DNA of 64,000 bases from a bacterium. Lineage in GTDB: Bacteria; UBA8248. Every line of letters begins with the position of its first letter. The first letter of the stretch is position 1. The position numbers and the translations under genes were made by a program. Location of the stretch: the NCBI GenBank assembly GCA_965200245.1, contig CBDATS010000002.1:1-64000 (forward strand), read 5' to 3'. Under the pieces are notes generated by a model. It was not told the origin of the DNA. It saw nothing but the letters and a program-made list of their open reading frames with translations, and ran no database searches. Below, piece by piece: positions 53,095-63,868 of the stretch.

Positions 53095-54504
53095 ATGAAT
53101 TCAGACATCCGGGTTCGCTTTGCTCCATCCAACACGGGCCACCTCCATATAGGCGGCGCGCGAACAGCCTTGTTTAACTGGTTTTATGCGAAACATCACG
53201 CAGGCACAGCTATCCTGCGAATTGAGGATACCGACCGGCAGCGTTCTACGGAAGAATACTACGACGCCATTCTGGACGCTTTCGACTGGCTGGATCTCGA
53301 ATGGGACGAAGGCCCGTATCGTCAATCCCGCCGCATGACTCTCTACAAGGAAGCTGCCGACAAACTGCTCTCATCCGGTGCCGCCTATCGGTGCACATGC
53401 TCGCCGGATGAAGTGAACGTCATGCGCGAGAGGGCCCGTGCCGAGGGGAAGACGCCAAAATACGATGGAACCTGCCGGGATCGGTACGACAAGGACCCGA
53501 ATGTCCCGTTTTGCCTCCGCCTCCGGGCTCCTGATGCCGGAGAGACGATAGTTGAGGACATCCTCGCCGGGGAGGTGGTATTCGAGAACTCACAACTCGA
53601 CGACATGATTATCGTTCGCACCGATGGAACACCTACATATAATTTTTGCGTGGCCGTCGACGATATCGACATGAAGATTTCCCACGTGATACGCGGCAAT
53701 GACCATCTGTCCAATACTCCCAAACAACTTCTCGTCTACCAAGCACTGAAGGAAACGACGCCAAAATTCGCGCACATATCGATGATATTGGGGCCCGATA
53801 AAAAAAGACTGTCAAAACGGCACGGAGCGGATTCGGTATTGGAATATAAAGAGCGCGGCTACCTGCCTGAAGCGCTGATCAACTATCTCGTTCGGCTCGG
53901 CTGGAGCCACGGAGACCAGGAAATTTTCTCCAGGGAAGAGATCGTCGAAAATTTTTCATTGGAGAATCTGAACCGATCCGCCGCTATCTTCAACCCGGAG
54001 AAACTGTTGTGGCTGAATCAGGAATACATCAAATCGGCCGATGGCGATTTTCTCGTCGAATCGCTCGATGCAGGTCTCAGGAAACAGGGTCTATCGCCGG
54101 ATTCCCTGAAATACAAAACACGTGAAGGCATTGTCGATGAACTCCGAACACGCTCCAGCACCTTGGCGGATATGATAGAAGGCGCTCGTTTTTTCTTTGG
54201 CACGGAAGTCGAACTGGACGAGAAAGCGGCTTCCAAATTCCTGACACTGGAAAACGCGGGGCTGATTCTGAAACTACGGAACGAACTGAATAAAATCGAT
54301 ACGTTTTCATCCGAAAACGTCAAATCGGCTTTTCAGCACGTCATGGAAGAAGAGGTCATCAAGCTCGGCAAGCTGGCACAACCCGTACGCGTCGCCATTA
54401 CGGGCGGTACCATCAGCCCCGGTATTTTTGAAACCCTCAGCCTTCTCGGAAAAGACAAAAGCCTCCATCGCCTCGACGCGGCTCTGTCCAGAATCAGTCA
54501 ATAA
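53095..54504 (+). CDS. gltX: Glutamate-tRNA ligase
   Basis: RFAPS, HIGG, RIEDTD, RLSKR. Confidence 0.97.
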   Translation: MNSDIRVRFAPSNTGHLHIGGARTALFNWFYAKHHAGTAILRIEDTDRQRSTEEYYDAILDAFDWLDLEWDEGPYRQSRRMTLYKEAADKLLSSGAAYRCTCSPDEVNVMRERARAEGKTPKYDGTCRDRYDKDPNVPFCLRLRAPDAGETIVEDILAGEVVFENSQLDDMIIVRTDGTPTYNFCVAVDDIDMKISHVIRGNDHLSNTPKQLLVYQALKETTPKFAHISMILGPDKKRLSKRHGADSVLEYKERGYLPEALINYLVRLGWSHGDQEIFSREEIVENFSLENLNRSAAIFNPEKLLWLNQEYIKSADGDFLVESLDAGLRKQGLSPDSLKYKTREGIVDELRTRSSTLADMIEGARFFFGTEVELDEKAASKFLTLENAGLILKLRNELNKIDTFSSENVKSAFQHVMEEEVIKLGKLAQPVRVAITGGTISPGIFETLSLLGKDKSLHRLDAALSRISQ

Positions 54505-54564
54505 TTGTTTTTTCCATCGTCCTTGACGAAAACAGAACTCATACATATAAACATCTAGGTCTTT

Positions 54565-54638
54565 TGGGGGATCGTCTAGCGGCAGGACACCAGACTCTGG
54601 ATCTGGGTACGGAGGTTCGAATCCTCCTCCCCCAGCCA
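54565..54638 (+). tRNA. tRNA-Gln(CTG)
   Basis: Acceptor stem TGGGGGA/TCCCCCA; anticodon arm ccaga-CTCTGGA-tctgg; GGTTCGAATCC; encoded CCA. Confidence 0.95.
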
Positions 54639-54713
54639 CCAAATGCTTGCCCGCTGGGTTCTGGAACGCGGGAATTCGTGGTTTTCTTTCCTCGTCAATG
54701 AAAGGAGTCGATA

Positions 54714-55370
54714 ATGACCTTGAGAATCAATTACGAAGCACCGGATTTCTCCGCCAACACGACCCAGGGTCCCATCAATTTCCATGAATGGATTGGCGAC
54801 GGCTGGGCCGTCATCTTTTCACATCCGAAGGACTTTACGCCAGTCTGCACCACAGAACTCGGTACGATGGCCGGCCTCAAGTCGGAATTCGACAAAAGAA
54901 ACTGCAAAGTGATCGGTATCAGCGTCGACGGAGTTTCCGATCATGAAAAATGGTCCAAGGACATTGAAACTTCTCAGGGCCATGCCGTGAACTATCCGCT
55001 GATTGGCGATCCCGAACTGGCAATCGTCAAGGCCTACGACATGCTGCCCGCCGATGCCGGTGACACTTCCGAGGGCCGGACGGCCGCCGATAATGCAACG
55101 GCCCGTTCGGTATTTGTTATCGGACCGGACAAAAGAATCAAGGCAACGCTCACCTATCCGATGAGTACGGGACGGAATTTCGTTGAAATTCTGAGGCTGC
55201 TCGATTCCTGCCAGTTGACAGCCAGTGAACAGGTGGCGACTCCGGCAAACTGGCAACAAGGTGAAGACGTGATCATTTTGCCGGCCGTTTCTGATGAAGA
55301 TGCGAGGAAGAAATATCCGGAAGGATGGGAGTCGCCGCTTCCGTATATTCGGGTCGTCAAACAACCATAA
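54714..55370 (+). CDS. 1-Cys peroxiredoxin (Prx6 type)
   Basis: FSHPKDFTPVCTTE, YPMSTGRNF. Confidence 0.95.
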   Translation: MTLRINYEAPDFSANTTQGPINFHEWIGDGWAVIFSHPKDFTPVCTTELGTMAGLKSEFDKRNCKVIGISVDGVSDHEKWSKDIETSQGHAVNYPLIGDPELAIVKAYDMLPADAGDTSEGRTAADNATARSVFVIGPDKRIKATLTYPMSTGRNFVEILRLLDSCQLTASEQVATPANWQQGEDVIILPAVSDEDARKKYPEGWESPLPYIRVVKQP

Positions 55371-55443
55371 CTTTTTTGTATCTGTAGATGCACGCAAACA
55401 GGAAAGTTATACGGAATCGCCGGTCCGGTTAGACAAGTCAAAA

Positions 55444-55484
55444 AGAGCCGCGGTCATTGTTCCTGACCGCGGCTCTTGATTTTG
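55444..55484. terminator. Bidirectional terminator
   Basis: aagagccgcggtca/tgaccgcggctctt stem flanked by A/T runs, between convergent genes. Confidence 0.8.
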
Positions 55485-55499
55485 ATGAGCTTGAAAGGG

Positions 55500-56495
55500 C
55501 TAGTTCTTCCAACCTTCAGCTGCCATGGCCTTCTTCACCATGCTCAAGTCCATGCCCTCCTTACGGAGATCCACTGTTCGTTTCGCTTTGCGTTTTTCCA
55601 GAAGCACCTTGCCCATGTGATCAAACCATTTGTAATCCGCCTCCGAAGGGAGAAGACCAAATGTCAGATCGTTTACAGAGGCTTTCACTATTTTCAGCTT
55701 GATTTTCGAACCTTTCGATTGCAGGTGATTCAAGTAAATACGGGCAAATTTGTCGCGATCATCCCTGTGCAATTTCATGCCACGAATGAATCCTCTCAGG
55801 AATTTCGTGTAGACATCCTTGTTTTTCTTGAGGGTTTTTCCGTTGGCCATGAGGATCCACAGGTTATTTGCATATTTGCAGAAAGTTTCCACTGTGCGGG
55901 CATACCCTCTGTCGATTGCAATGGCAGCCTGCGGGTTGTTCAAGGCTATCATATCCACTGTCCGGGATTTAAGCGCCGCCATGCGGGTATCATTGTTCAT
56001 GTTTACAGTTGTGAAGTCATTCACTGTCAATCCGTATTTCGGCAGGATGAAGGTTGTCAGTGTGAAATATGTACCCGTTGCCTTACCTACTCCCAGTCTT
56101 TTGCCTTTCAAATCATGCAGGGTTTTCACAGGTGACTTGGGAGATGTGAGAATTTTGTTTGCCTTGCACCAATAGTTGGCGTTTGCGATGCCGGGCGCAT
56201 TCGCTCTTTTCGATATCGCGGAATAAAAAGCACGGTCGGCAGCACCACCGATATCAAGAGAGTTCGCCAGAATCGCCTGGCGCATCAATTTGCCCTGCGG
56301 AAACTGTTTAATGGTGTATTTTCCCTTGCCGATGGTTTGATCATAGTAGCCCATCTTGTGAGCAACGATTGTAACCGCTCCCATGACAGAGCGATGATGG
56401 CCTATGCGGAACGGCGCCGCATGAGCGGAATATACCGTGAACAGAATTCCCGCCACGGTCATGGCGACGGCAAGAAACATACCTCTTCGACTCAT
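55500..56495 (-). CDS. ABC substrate-binding protein (SsuA/NMT1-like)
   Basis: Signal peptide ending AHA; DLKGKRLGV..GT motif. Confidence 0.8.
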   Translation of the reverse strand: MSRRGMFLAVAMTVAGILFTVYSAHAAPFRIGHHRSVMGAVTIVAHKMGYYDQTIGKGKYTIKQFPQGKLMRQAILANSLDIGGAADRAFYSAISKRANAPGIANANYWCKANKILTSPKSPVKTLHDLKGKRLGVGKATGTYFTLTTFILPKYGLTVNDFTTVNMNNDTRMAALKSRTVDMIALNNPQAAIAIDRGYARTVETFCKYANNLWILMANGKTLKKNKDVYTKFLRGFIRGMKLHRDDRDKFARIYLNHLQSKGSKIKLKIVKASVNDLTFGLLPSEADYKWFDHMGKVLLEKRKAKRTVDLRKEGMDLSMVKKAMAAEGWKN

Positions 56496-56719
56496 TACAA
56501 TATCCTCCTCAAGATTCATCGCCCGAAGGCATTCACAAAAGAAACTCCAAATAAGCAACCCGTTGCCGTGAAGCGAATTTCAATGCTGAAATTTTACTCA
56601 TCTCTATGGGTATGAGAAACGTTAGCATACCTTGAACCGAAATTACATCCCGTCAGGCTGAAGGTATCCATCTTCCATTTTTCATCGATGAATCTCCGCC
56701 CTGTTCTGACTTGCCCTGC

Positions 56720-57937
56720 TCAGGTGATAAATTCCGGACCGGGACTTCGTCTCTGCAGGGACAAGGCCAGAAGAAAACCCACAAACAAAACGATTGAAAG
56801 TGTCCAGAAAGCGTTCAACATCCCTATTCTTTCACCAAGTAATGAAAGAGGAATCGCCGTCAGGCCAGCCAATATCCAGCCGCCCCCCAAAATCAAGGAA
56901 CTCGCGAACCCCCGATGCTCGGGGAGATATTCCTGTGCCAGCGCTACCGATACACCCATGGGCACGAACGCTCCGGCGCCAATGACTGCGAGTGAAATAT
57001 AAGCCCACTCCAGGGAAGAAACCTGGAACAACAACATGCCGACAAAAGCGCATCCGACACCAATCGTAATCACCTTGGGTTTTCCATACTTGTCACCCAG
57101 GATACCGCCGAGCATTACGCCGATGGCTCCCGAGCAGAAAATGACCGTGTTGGCAATGCCGCCGCGCCAAAGCCCCAAACCCTTTTCGACGAATATCGTG
57201 GGCAAGAATCCTCCCAGATTCGCTAATGTCGTCCCTCTGACAACGGCGATGCCAAAGAGAAGAAGTATGGGTCCGCGAACACCCTTCAGGGAAGCCAGCA
57301 ACCCAACACGCTCACTCGTACCTTCCACTTTCTTCTCTCTCTGTGGTGGAGCCGGCATACCCAACTTCACACCCCCCATGGCAAGCACCGCCACAAGTAT
57401 GAACACCCACAGATACTCCATACCCATCTTTTCCGCGATGAATATGGCGATCAACGGCCCGAACGCAAAACCGAGCCTGCCTCCCGTAACGAACAGGCTG
57501 ACGATAATACCGGAATGCGCGGAACTCAGCCTGCCTGCTCTCGCGGCCATATCCGGATGACAAAGCCCAAAAAGAATTCCCCCTGAAATCAGTGCCGCAG
57601 CCAAGCCATATATGCTTGTGACCCACCCGATTGCCGTAAAGGCGATGGAACTGCCAATCAAACCTACGGCAAGCCAAGGCAGCCAGGGCCACCTGTCGAT
57701 GACGATGCCCGTGATGGGTTGCGTGATGGAACCGCTCACCGCCTGACATGAAATCAGCAATCCGACCGTCGTGAGGCTTAGTCCCAGTTTTTCCTTCAGT
57801 AATGGAACAAGGGGCGCAAAGAAATTCGCCTGGCTATCCACCACGAAATGCGCAAAGAATATGAGGCCCGTTCCAGTCCAAGGCGAAGTGCGGAAAGACG
57901 GCTTTTCCGCGGCTTGGGTGTTCTCTTGCATGCTCAC
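56720..57937 (-). CDS. MFS transporter (Fsr-like)
   Basis: HFVVD, QPITG, CHP, GGRLGFAFGP, AQEYLP. Confidence 0.88.
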   Translation of the reverse strand: MSMQENTQAAEKPSFRTSPWTGTGLIFFAHFVVDSQANFFAPLVPLLKEKLGLSLTTVGLLISCQAVSGSITQPITGIVIDRWPWLPWLAVGLIGSSIAFTAIGWVTSIYGLAAALISGGILFGLCHPDMAARAGRLSSAHSGIIVSLFVTGGRLGFAFGPLIAIFIAEKMGMEYLWVFILVAVLAMGGVKLGMPAPPQREKKVEGTSERVGLLASLKGVRGPILLLFGIAVVRGTTLANLGGFLPTIFVEKGLGLWRGGIANTVIFCSGAIGVMLGGILGDKYGKPKVITIGVGCAFVGMLLFQVSSLEWAYISLAVIGAGAFVPMGVSVALAQEYLPEHRGFASSLILGGGWILAGLTAIPLSLLGERIGMLNAFWTLSIVLFVGFLLALSLQRRSPGPEFIT

Positions 57938-58932
57938 CTCGGGGCCATGGCCTTGAGCGTACGCTCGACTGCTCCCTGATAACCCTCGCCCGCAAGCACG
58001 GGGTCAATCATCAAGGCGGGCATATCCACTCCGGCCTCACAAAAAACGGCCAGCCGTTCACGACATCTTTCCGGTGGACCGACAAGACAGAACTCGTCAA
58101 TGATGGCGTCTGTGATTCCGTCTCTCAAGGCTGTCTGATCGCCTTGTTCGAAGGCTTTTCTGATGTTTTCCGCCTCTTGTTCATAGCCACTTTCCTGAAT
58201 CGAGTTGTTATAGACGGGAAGTCCAAGCCAATACGTCAGGGTTTTACGGGCGGCTTCTCTGGCAAGGGCAAGGTCATCACAGAGAAAAGTATGCATTCCA
58301 AGGTCGATTTTCACGTCCCGGGGATTCCGACCCGCACGTTTCGCGCCTGCGTCTCTCGCTTCCAGATAGGCTTTCATTCTCGATAACGGAACCATATACG
58401 GCAATAATCCATCGGCGATTTCTCCACCCAGGGCCGTCATCTTCGGGCCGACCGCCGCGATGTATATCCGGACTGGATAATTTGAGCGCCTGAATTTCAA
58501 TTCTTCTCCCTGGTAAGTCTGGACAGGCAAAGGATAGACGGACTCACCCTCTAGGACGCCCCTTACCTCACAGACATATTTGCGCGTATCTTCTACAGGA
58601 TTTCCCGGTTCAATCCCCATCGCCCGGATTCGAGGCGGGTGTCCGAGCCCAAGACCCAGGATATAGCGGCCACCTGAGATTTCGTTGATCGTTACCGCAC
58701 CTTGGGCCGCCATGGAGGCATGGCGCAAATATATGATGGCTACCGAACTTCCAATCTCAATCCTGGAAGTGTATGTCGCCATCAATTGATTAATCGCCAG
58801 TGTGTCCGTAAGGGATTCTGTCGTATATACACGATCGTATCCCAATTCTTCGCCAAGCCTTGAAACCTCTCCCAGCCCCTTGAAGGAAATGTCCGCAAAA
58901 GTCAGAAGCCAAAATCCGAGGCGATGCGTCAT
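57934..58932 (-). CDS. LLM-class flavin-dependent oxidoreductase
   Basis: ISGGRYILGLGLG, IYIAAVGPKM..LGGEIADG. Confidence 0.9.
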   Translation of the reverse strand: MTHRLGFWLLTFADISFKGLGEVSRLGEELGYDRVYTTESLTDTLAINQLMATYTSRIEIGSSVAIIYLRHASMAAQGAVTINEISGGRYILGLGLGHPPRIRAMGIEPGNPVEDTRKYVCEVRGVLEGESVYPLPVQTYQGEELKFRRSNYPVRIYIAAVGPKMTALGGEIADGLLPYMVPLSRMKAYLEARDAGAKRAGRNPRDVKIDLGMHTFLCDDLALAREAARKTLTYWLGLPVYNNSIQESGYEQEAENIRKAFEQGDQTALRDGITDAIIDEFCLVGPPERCRERLAVFCEAGVDMPALMIDPVLAGEGYQGAVERTLKAMAPR

Positions 58933-58969
58933 GAAAAACCTTTCTCCAATCCCGAATTCCCGATAATGA

Positions 58970-59725
58970 CTATTGACACAACCTGCCCCCATCTACCAGC
59001 ACAACCGCCCCGTTCATGTATGACGCTTCGTCCGACGCCATGAAAACGGCGCAGTCCGCGATTTCCTCGGGAGTCGCAAATCGTCCCAACGGTATATTAC
59101 TCATCAGCCTCTCTCGTCTACCTGCTTCGACCTCTACACGATGCTTCGTGCCTTCGCTCAACGTCGTTCCCGGAGCTATGGCGTTGACACGAATCCCCTT
59201 AGGCCCGAGTTCGGCGGCATGCGCCTTCGTCATCAGATGCATGGCCCCTTTCGTCGCGCAATACAGGGAATTATCGGGTACTCCCGCCTCACCGGACGTC
59301 GAGCCAATGTTGATAATTTGACCCCCGGACCTGGGAATCATGTGCCTGGCGGCCAATCCGCTCAGCATAAACGAAGACATCGCGTTGACTTGAAACAGTG
59401 CGACCACGTCTTCATGCGATACTTCTTCTACGGGTTTGTTGCAGCGAATGCCGGCGCAGTTCACCAGTATATCGAGATACCCTAGATGCATGAGTGCGCG
59501 ATTCATGAGTGGAGCAACATTCGCCAGGTTCATTAAGTCAACGCACTCTCCGGCAGCCGAAATTCCTTGAGCCTTGCAATGTTAGATCGTCTCCTGCAAG
59601 GCATCCCTGTTCCCGCCGCCCGCAAGATACAGCGAACAACCCTCCCCGGCGAAACGCCTTGCTATGGCGGAACCGATCCCCACAGAAGCACCGGTGATAA
59701 ACGCTGTCTTTCCCTTTAGTCGCAT
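58970..59725 (-). pseudogene. SDR oxidoreductase with an in-frame TAA at codon 48 (59582-59584)
   Basis: MRLKGKTAFITGASVGIG... is in the same frame as the downstream NCAG/YCATK part. Confidence 0.85.
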
Positions 59726-59740
59726 GCCGGATGGCCCCTT

Positions 59741-60295
59741 TTATCCTAGCGGAGGCTCCACTCCCTCAGGAAGCGGAAGTTCAAATGCGTTGAGCGTCAT
59801 CGAGACTGTTGTGTAATGCCCGATGAGGCCAATCAACTCCACCAACCCGCGTTCCCCGAAATGATCGAACGCATTATGATAAACCTGATCGCTTACGAAG
59901 TGATTTTCATGCAGTTCGATACAAAAATCGTAGATCGCCTCCTCATCGCCAGCCATCCGTTCGGGTCGCTTGTTCTCCTGAACCGCCTTGATGATGTCAG
60001 GAGACAATCCTCCCTTTCTGGCCAGGGGTTCGTGGGCGTACCACTCGTACTGGGAACTCCAGAACCGGGCGGTGACAAGTATCGCAAACTCGCTCAGTCT
60101 GGGTTCAAAGAGTGTGCCATAGCGCAAATATCGCCCTGTTTCTTCCAGCTTTTCGAGGAAAGCGGGGCTTTTGAGCCATGCCAGAAATGGGCCGCGGACA
60201 CCTCCTCTGGGGCCAGAGGCGATTTTTTCGTAGAGTTCTCTTTGCGAATCCGTCATCTGCTCGAACGGCGTTTCAATCAAACGAGTCATTGGCAT
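59741..60295 (-). CDS. Carboxymuconolactone decarboxylase family protein
   Basis: RGGVRGPF, EFAILVTAR..YEWYAH. Confidence 0.85.
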   Translation of the reverse strand: MPMTRLIETPFEQMTDSQRELYEKIASGPRGGVRGPFLAWLKSPAFLEKLEETGRYLRYGTLFEPRLSEFAILVTARFWSSQYEWYAHEPLARKGGLSPDIIKAVQENKRPERMAGDEEAIYDFCIELHENHFVSDQVYHNAFDHFGERGLVELIGLIGHYTTVSMTLNAFELPLPEGVEPPLG

Positions 60296-60492
60296 CTAAT
60301 CTCCTTGGTTTATCTCCAACTTGAGCGGTGAAATTACCTGCTACAAAAGAATATCGCAGGTTGCAAGGCGATGCTTAATTTGATACACAATGTTCAAGGT
60401 TGCGGGCGGCGCGACCAAGTTGAGTTTTCAGGGGATGTACGTGGGGTGAAGATGGCCTCTACGCATTTCCAAAATTTGCAGGAGATCAGCAA

Positions 60493-60708
60493 GTGCCAGA
60501 AGGAACAGTGAAGTGGTTCAATGACGCGAAGGGCTATGGTTTCATTTCTCAAACGGATGGTGACGATGTTTTCGTTCATTTCTCCGCCATCCGGGGAGAC
60601 GGCTTTAAAACCCTTGAGGAAGGACAAAGCGTGAATTTCGAAATTGTCCAAGGCCCGAAAGGGCTGCAGGCGGCCAACGTCACAAAAGGGGGTGACTCCG
60701 GAGAATAG
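60493..60708 (+). CDS. csp: Cold-shock protein
   Basis: [24 protein letters not shown]. Confidence 0.96.
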   Translation: MPEGTVKWFNDAKGYGFISQTDGDDVFVHFSAIRGDGFKTLEEGQSVNFEIVQGPKGLQAANVTKGGDSGE

Positions 60709-60729
60709 CCTCTCACACAGAGAAAATCC

Positions 60730-60762
60730 AAAACGGCGGCTCCCCCCGAGCCGTCGTTTTTT
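60730..60762 (+). terminator. Intrinsic terminator after csp
   Basis: aacggcggctc/gagccgtcgtt stem followed by a T run. Confidence 0.8.
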
Positions 60763-60852
60763 GTCTGCCGAGGGGTTGAACCTTCGTGATATGATTTTAT
60801 CAGCCGAGTAATCCGAACCATCCAACGGTTCAAATTCACGGAAAGGCATTAC

Positions 60853-61956
60853 ATGCGCGACGTCATTATCATCGGTGGCGGCATCATCGGACTGCTTGCG
60901 GCCAGAGAACTCCAAAAAACGGGCAGGAGCGTCACCCTGATCGAGAAAGGTCGGCCGGGCGCGGGCGCGACCTGGGCTTCCGCCGGTATCATCTCGGTTC
61001 ACGGCACGAGCGGATCCGCCGATATCCAGGGGCCACCGGGCCTGAAACTCCGGACAGCCTCCTATGAGGAATGGCCCTCTCTCACGCAAGCCATTGCGGA
61101 AGAAAGCGGAACGGATGTCGAGTTTCGCCTCACCGGGGTTTTGCTGATCGCCATGAACGAGGATGAAGCCGCGGCCATTCAGAAGAAAGCCCAATCACGC
61201 GAATGGGGCGATACGGAATGGATGCCACCCGAAGTACTCAGGAACGAAGAGCCCTGCCTTTCGGAGGAGTTGACGGGGGCTCTGCTCGTCGCGGGAGGAA
61301 ACCTGGAAGTCAGAAAGTTGGGACCCGCTCTCGAAATCGCCTGCAGGCGGATGGGGGTAGAGATACTCACAGGCTGTGCGGTGGAGGAGATTCTCCATGA
61401 CGGCGAGAGAGTCACGGGCGTCCGCACCGACGCCGGTGTCCACGAGGCACCCGCCGTCTTTCTTTGCGCCGGGCTGGGCAGCAGGAACGTGCCCGGCGCT
61501 GCGCCGAGAGCTCCCATCACCCCGCAGCGCGGACAGATGATCGCCATGGACGCCCGAGCTATCAGTCTGAAGCGCGTGGTGCTGACCGTGAACGATCCCT
61601 ATCTCGTACCCCGCACAGAGGGCCGCATCCTGCTGGGTGCAACGAGAGAGTTCGCGGGCGAGGACCCGAGGCTCACGGTGGGCGGCCTCTCCTGGCTGCT
61701 GAGCGAGGGTGTGCGCATCGCGCCCGGAATCTCCGCCTGCGCCATCGAGGAAACCTGGTGCGGCTTCCGGCCTACTTCGTCGGACTACCTGCCCCTCATC
61801 GGCCAAGGTGCACTCGAGGGACTCCATTTCTGTACCGGGCACGGGCCTTCGGGCATCGGGCCCGCGCCAGCGAGCGTGCGGCTGGCGACGACTCTCTACC
61901 TGGGAGACGCACCCCCGCTCGACCCTGCACCCTATGACCCGATGCGCTTCGCGTAG
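60853..61956 (+). CDS. FAD-dependent oxidoreductase, glycine oxidase (ThiO/DAO)-like
   Basis: IIGGGIIG, ATWASAG, PQRGQM, WCGFRP, TGHG. Confidence 0.88.
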   Translation: MRDVIIIGGGIIGLLAARELQKTGRSVTLIEKGRPGAGATWASAGIISVHGTSGSADIQGPPGLKLRTASYEEWPSLTQAIAEESGTDVEFRLTGVLLIAMNEDEAAAIQKKAQSREWGDTEWMPPEVLRNEEPCLSEELTGALLVAGGNLEVRKLGPALEIACRRMGVEILTGCAVEEILHDGERVTGVRTDAGVHEAPAVFLCAGLGSRNVPGAAPRAPITPQRGQMIAMDARAISLKRVVLTVNDPYLVPRTEGRILLGATREFAGEDPRLTVGGLSWLLSEGVRIAPGISACAIEETWCGFRPTSSDYLPLIGQGALEGLHFCTGHGPSGIGPAPASVRLATTLYLGDAPPLDPAPYDPMRFA

Positions 61957-62361
61957 CAAATGCGTGGCCGCATAAAAAATTCATTTTGAAAATTTCTGAT
62001 ATACGTCGATGCGTTACTTGAACATACTCTGGCAAGTATATGATTTAAATCACAATATTGATTCAATATCCATCCTGAATCTTTCAAGAAACTGAATTTC
62101 AGGAATTCTATGGATACCTACGCGTAATCGAAATAGTCAATCGGAATTGAAGGCGTTTGTTGGGGTGCCGATTTCACTACGTTAACTTCCTTCTGTCCCC
62201 TCCAAAGGAAAACGCGAGGTTGTCGAGTTACCCATACTATTCCCCTGATTTCTGACGTCACGAATTGGGGAAGAAACAAACGGGGCGGACACTCAGGTCC
62301 GTTCCTGCTGTTTTTGACTACACGATATTTACTTGCTCCACCATCCCCGCCAGCATGAATC

Positions 62362-62670
62362 CTACGCAGTCGCTTCCTCGCGCAGCGGCTTCGTGAACGC
62401 GATCGCCGCCACGTCGAAGTATTCGAGGCTCGCGTTGTTCGCCCTGCGGAAACTGCGCTGTTTCTCGGAGTTGAACCAGGCGTCGGCGCTGGCCTTGTCC
62501 TCAAAGTGGTAGACGGAAGCCATCCGGCCTGTCTCCTCGTTCATGCCCCAGGTCTTGTCGATGAGGCCGGGCACCTCGTTCTCGAAAAAGGCGGCGGCCT
62601 GCTCCCTGTCCGCACGAACCTCGGCGAGCGTGGGCGCGACGGCGGGATAGTGTAAAATGACCATCATCAT
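62362..62670 (-). CDS. Small YdhR/monooxygenase-like protein
   Basis: AGGAGG RBS; VPGLIDKTW...SVYHFED. Confidence 0.6.
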   Translation of the reverse strand: MMMVILHYPAVAPTLAEVRADREQAAAFFENEVPGLIDKTWGMNEETGRMASVYHFEDKASADAWFNSEKQRSFRRANNASLEYFDVAAIAFTKPLREEATA

Positions 62671-62844
62671 GGCGGTGTCCTCCTCAGGATGTCCGAACAG
62701 CGATGTGGGTAAACCTGCGCGTCTTTCGAGTGGAATGATAGCCTACGGGACGCGAATCTGCCAAACGCTGACAGAGCGGGCGGGAGCCTGAAATCTGAAC
62801 ATTCGAGAGAATTTCCTGTTTTTGGCGAGAAAGGAGAAGCGAAG

Positions 62845-63792
62845 ATGACAGAGGCGGCGTATCGAGAAATATATGAACGGGCGAGAGAGAACCTGGAAAA
62901 ATCGGGAGAACACAACCCCTACGACATTCTGGGTCCTGACCTGCCCGGCACACAGACGGCACTCGCAGGCTTCACGCGCTTCGGCCTCAAAATGCGCCTG
63001 ATGCTCACCGATTCCGCCGACACCGGGTTCGACTTTCTCGGCAAAAAGCTCAAAACCCCCATCATGACGGGTTCGATGAGTGCCAACACGCTGGCGGCCC
63101 ACTGGGCGGACGGATTCCTGCAAGTGGCCGAAGGTGCCGCGCGCTTTGGAACCCAGTACTGGATAGGCGACTGCACGGATGAAACCTGGCGCGAGGCGGC
63201 CGCCGCCTTTCCCTCCGCGATTCGTATCGTTAAGCCCTGGCGGGACAGGCAGCGCACCTTGACTTCTCTCAAACTAGCGGAGGACACAGGCGCCTTCGCC
63301 GTCGGCATGGATTTCGAATCCTGCTTCTATAACCCCGAATGCAAACCCCAAAGAGCGGACTCGCTCGAGGGCTACGTGAAGGCCACAGGGCTTCCCTTCA
63401 TCTTCAAGGCGATAGGCTCTGCGCAGAGTGCACGTATCGCACGCGACGCTGGCGCCGCTGCCGTCATCGTCACAACTCACGGAGGAGCGCACGGGCCCTC
63501 TTGGGCGCATCCCATGGAAATCCTGCCAGAAGTCGTGGAGGCCGTGGGAGACGACTTGCTGGTTCTTGCCGAAAGCGGCGTGAGGCGCGGGGACGACGTA
63601 TTGAAACTCCTGGCCCGTGGCGCGAAAGGCGTAACCTCGGGAAGGGCGCTCGTGCTTGGTCTGTTCGCAGGAGGACCGGCGGGCGTCGCGGAGATGCTGG
63701 AACTGATGCAGTCTGAACTCAAAAAGTCCATGGTCCTTGCGGGTTGCAGGGATCTGGACTCGATTACGGGGGATATCCTGATTCCGAGGTAG
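62845..63792 (+). CDS. FMN-dependent alpha-hydroxy-acid dehydrogenase family protein
   Basis: TPIMTGSM, PFIFK, HGG, ESGVRRGDDVLKLLARGA, GR. Confidence 0.85.
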   Translation: MTEAAYREIYERARENLEKSGEHNPYDILGPDLPGTQTALAGFTRFGLKMRLMLTDSADTGFDFLGKKLKTPIMTGSMSANTLAAHWADGFLQVAEGAARFGTQYWIGDCTDETWREAAAAFPSAIRIVKPWRDRQRTLTSLKLAEDTGAFAVGMDFESCFYNPECKPQRADSLEGYVKATGLPFIFKAIGSAQSARIARDAGAAAVIVTTHGGAHGPSWAHPMEILPEVVEAVGDDLLVLAESGVRRGDDVLKLLARGAKGVTSGRALVLGLFAGGPAGVAEMLELMQSELKKSMVLAGCRDLDSITGDILIPR

Positions 63793-63868
63793 CTACAAGG
63801 GAACCCTAAACCGAAAGGCCGGAGTTTGGCCTGCCACTCCCCCTCGGGGGGCAGTTTCTCTCATCGCC

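Noticed and set aside
54565-54700. tRNA-Gln as an integration site
   Set aside because: No integrase or duplicated tRNA 3' end in the window.
61960-62360. AT-rich spacer
   Set aside because: No credible ORF or repeat structure.
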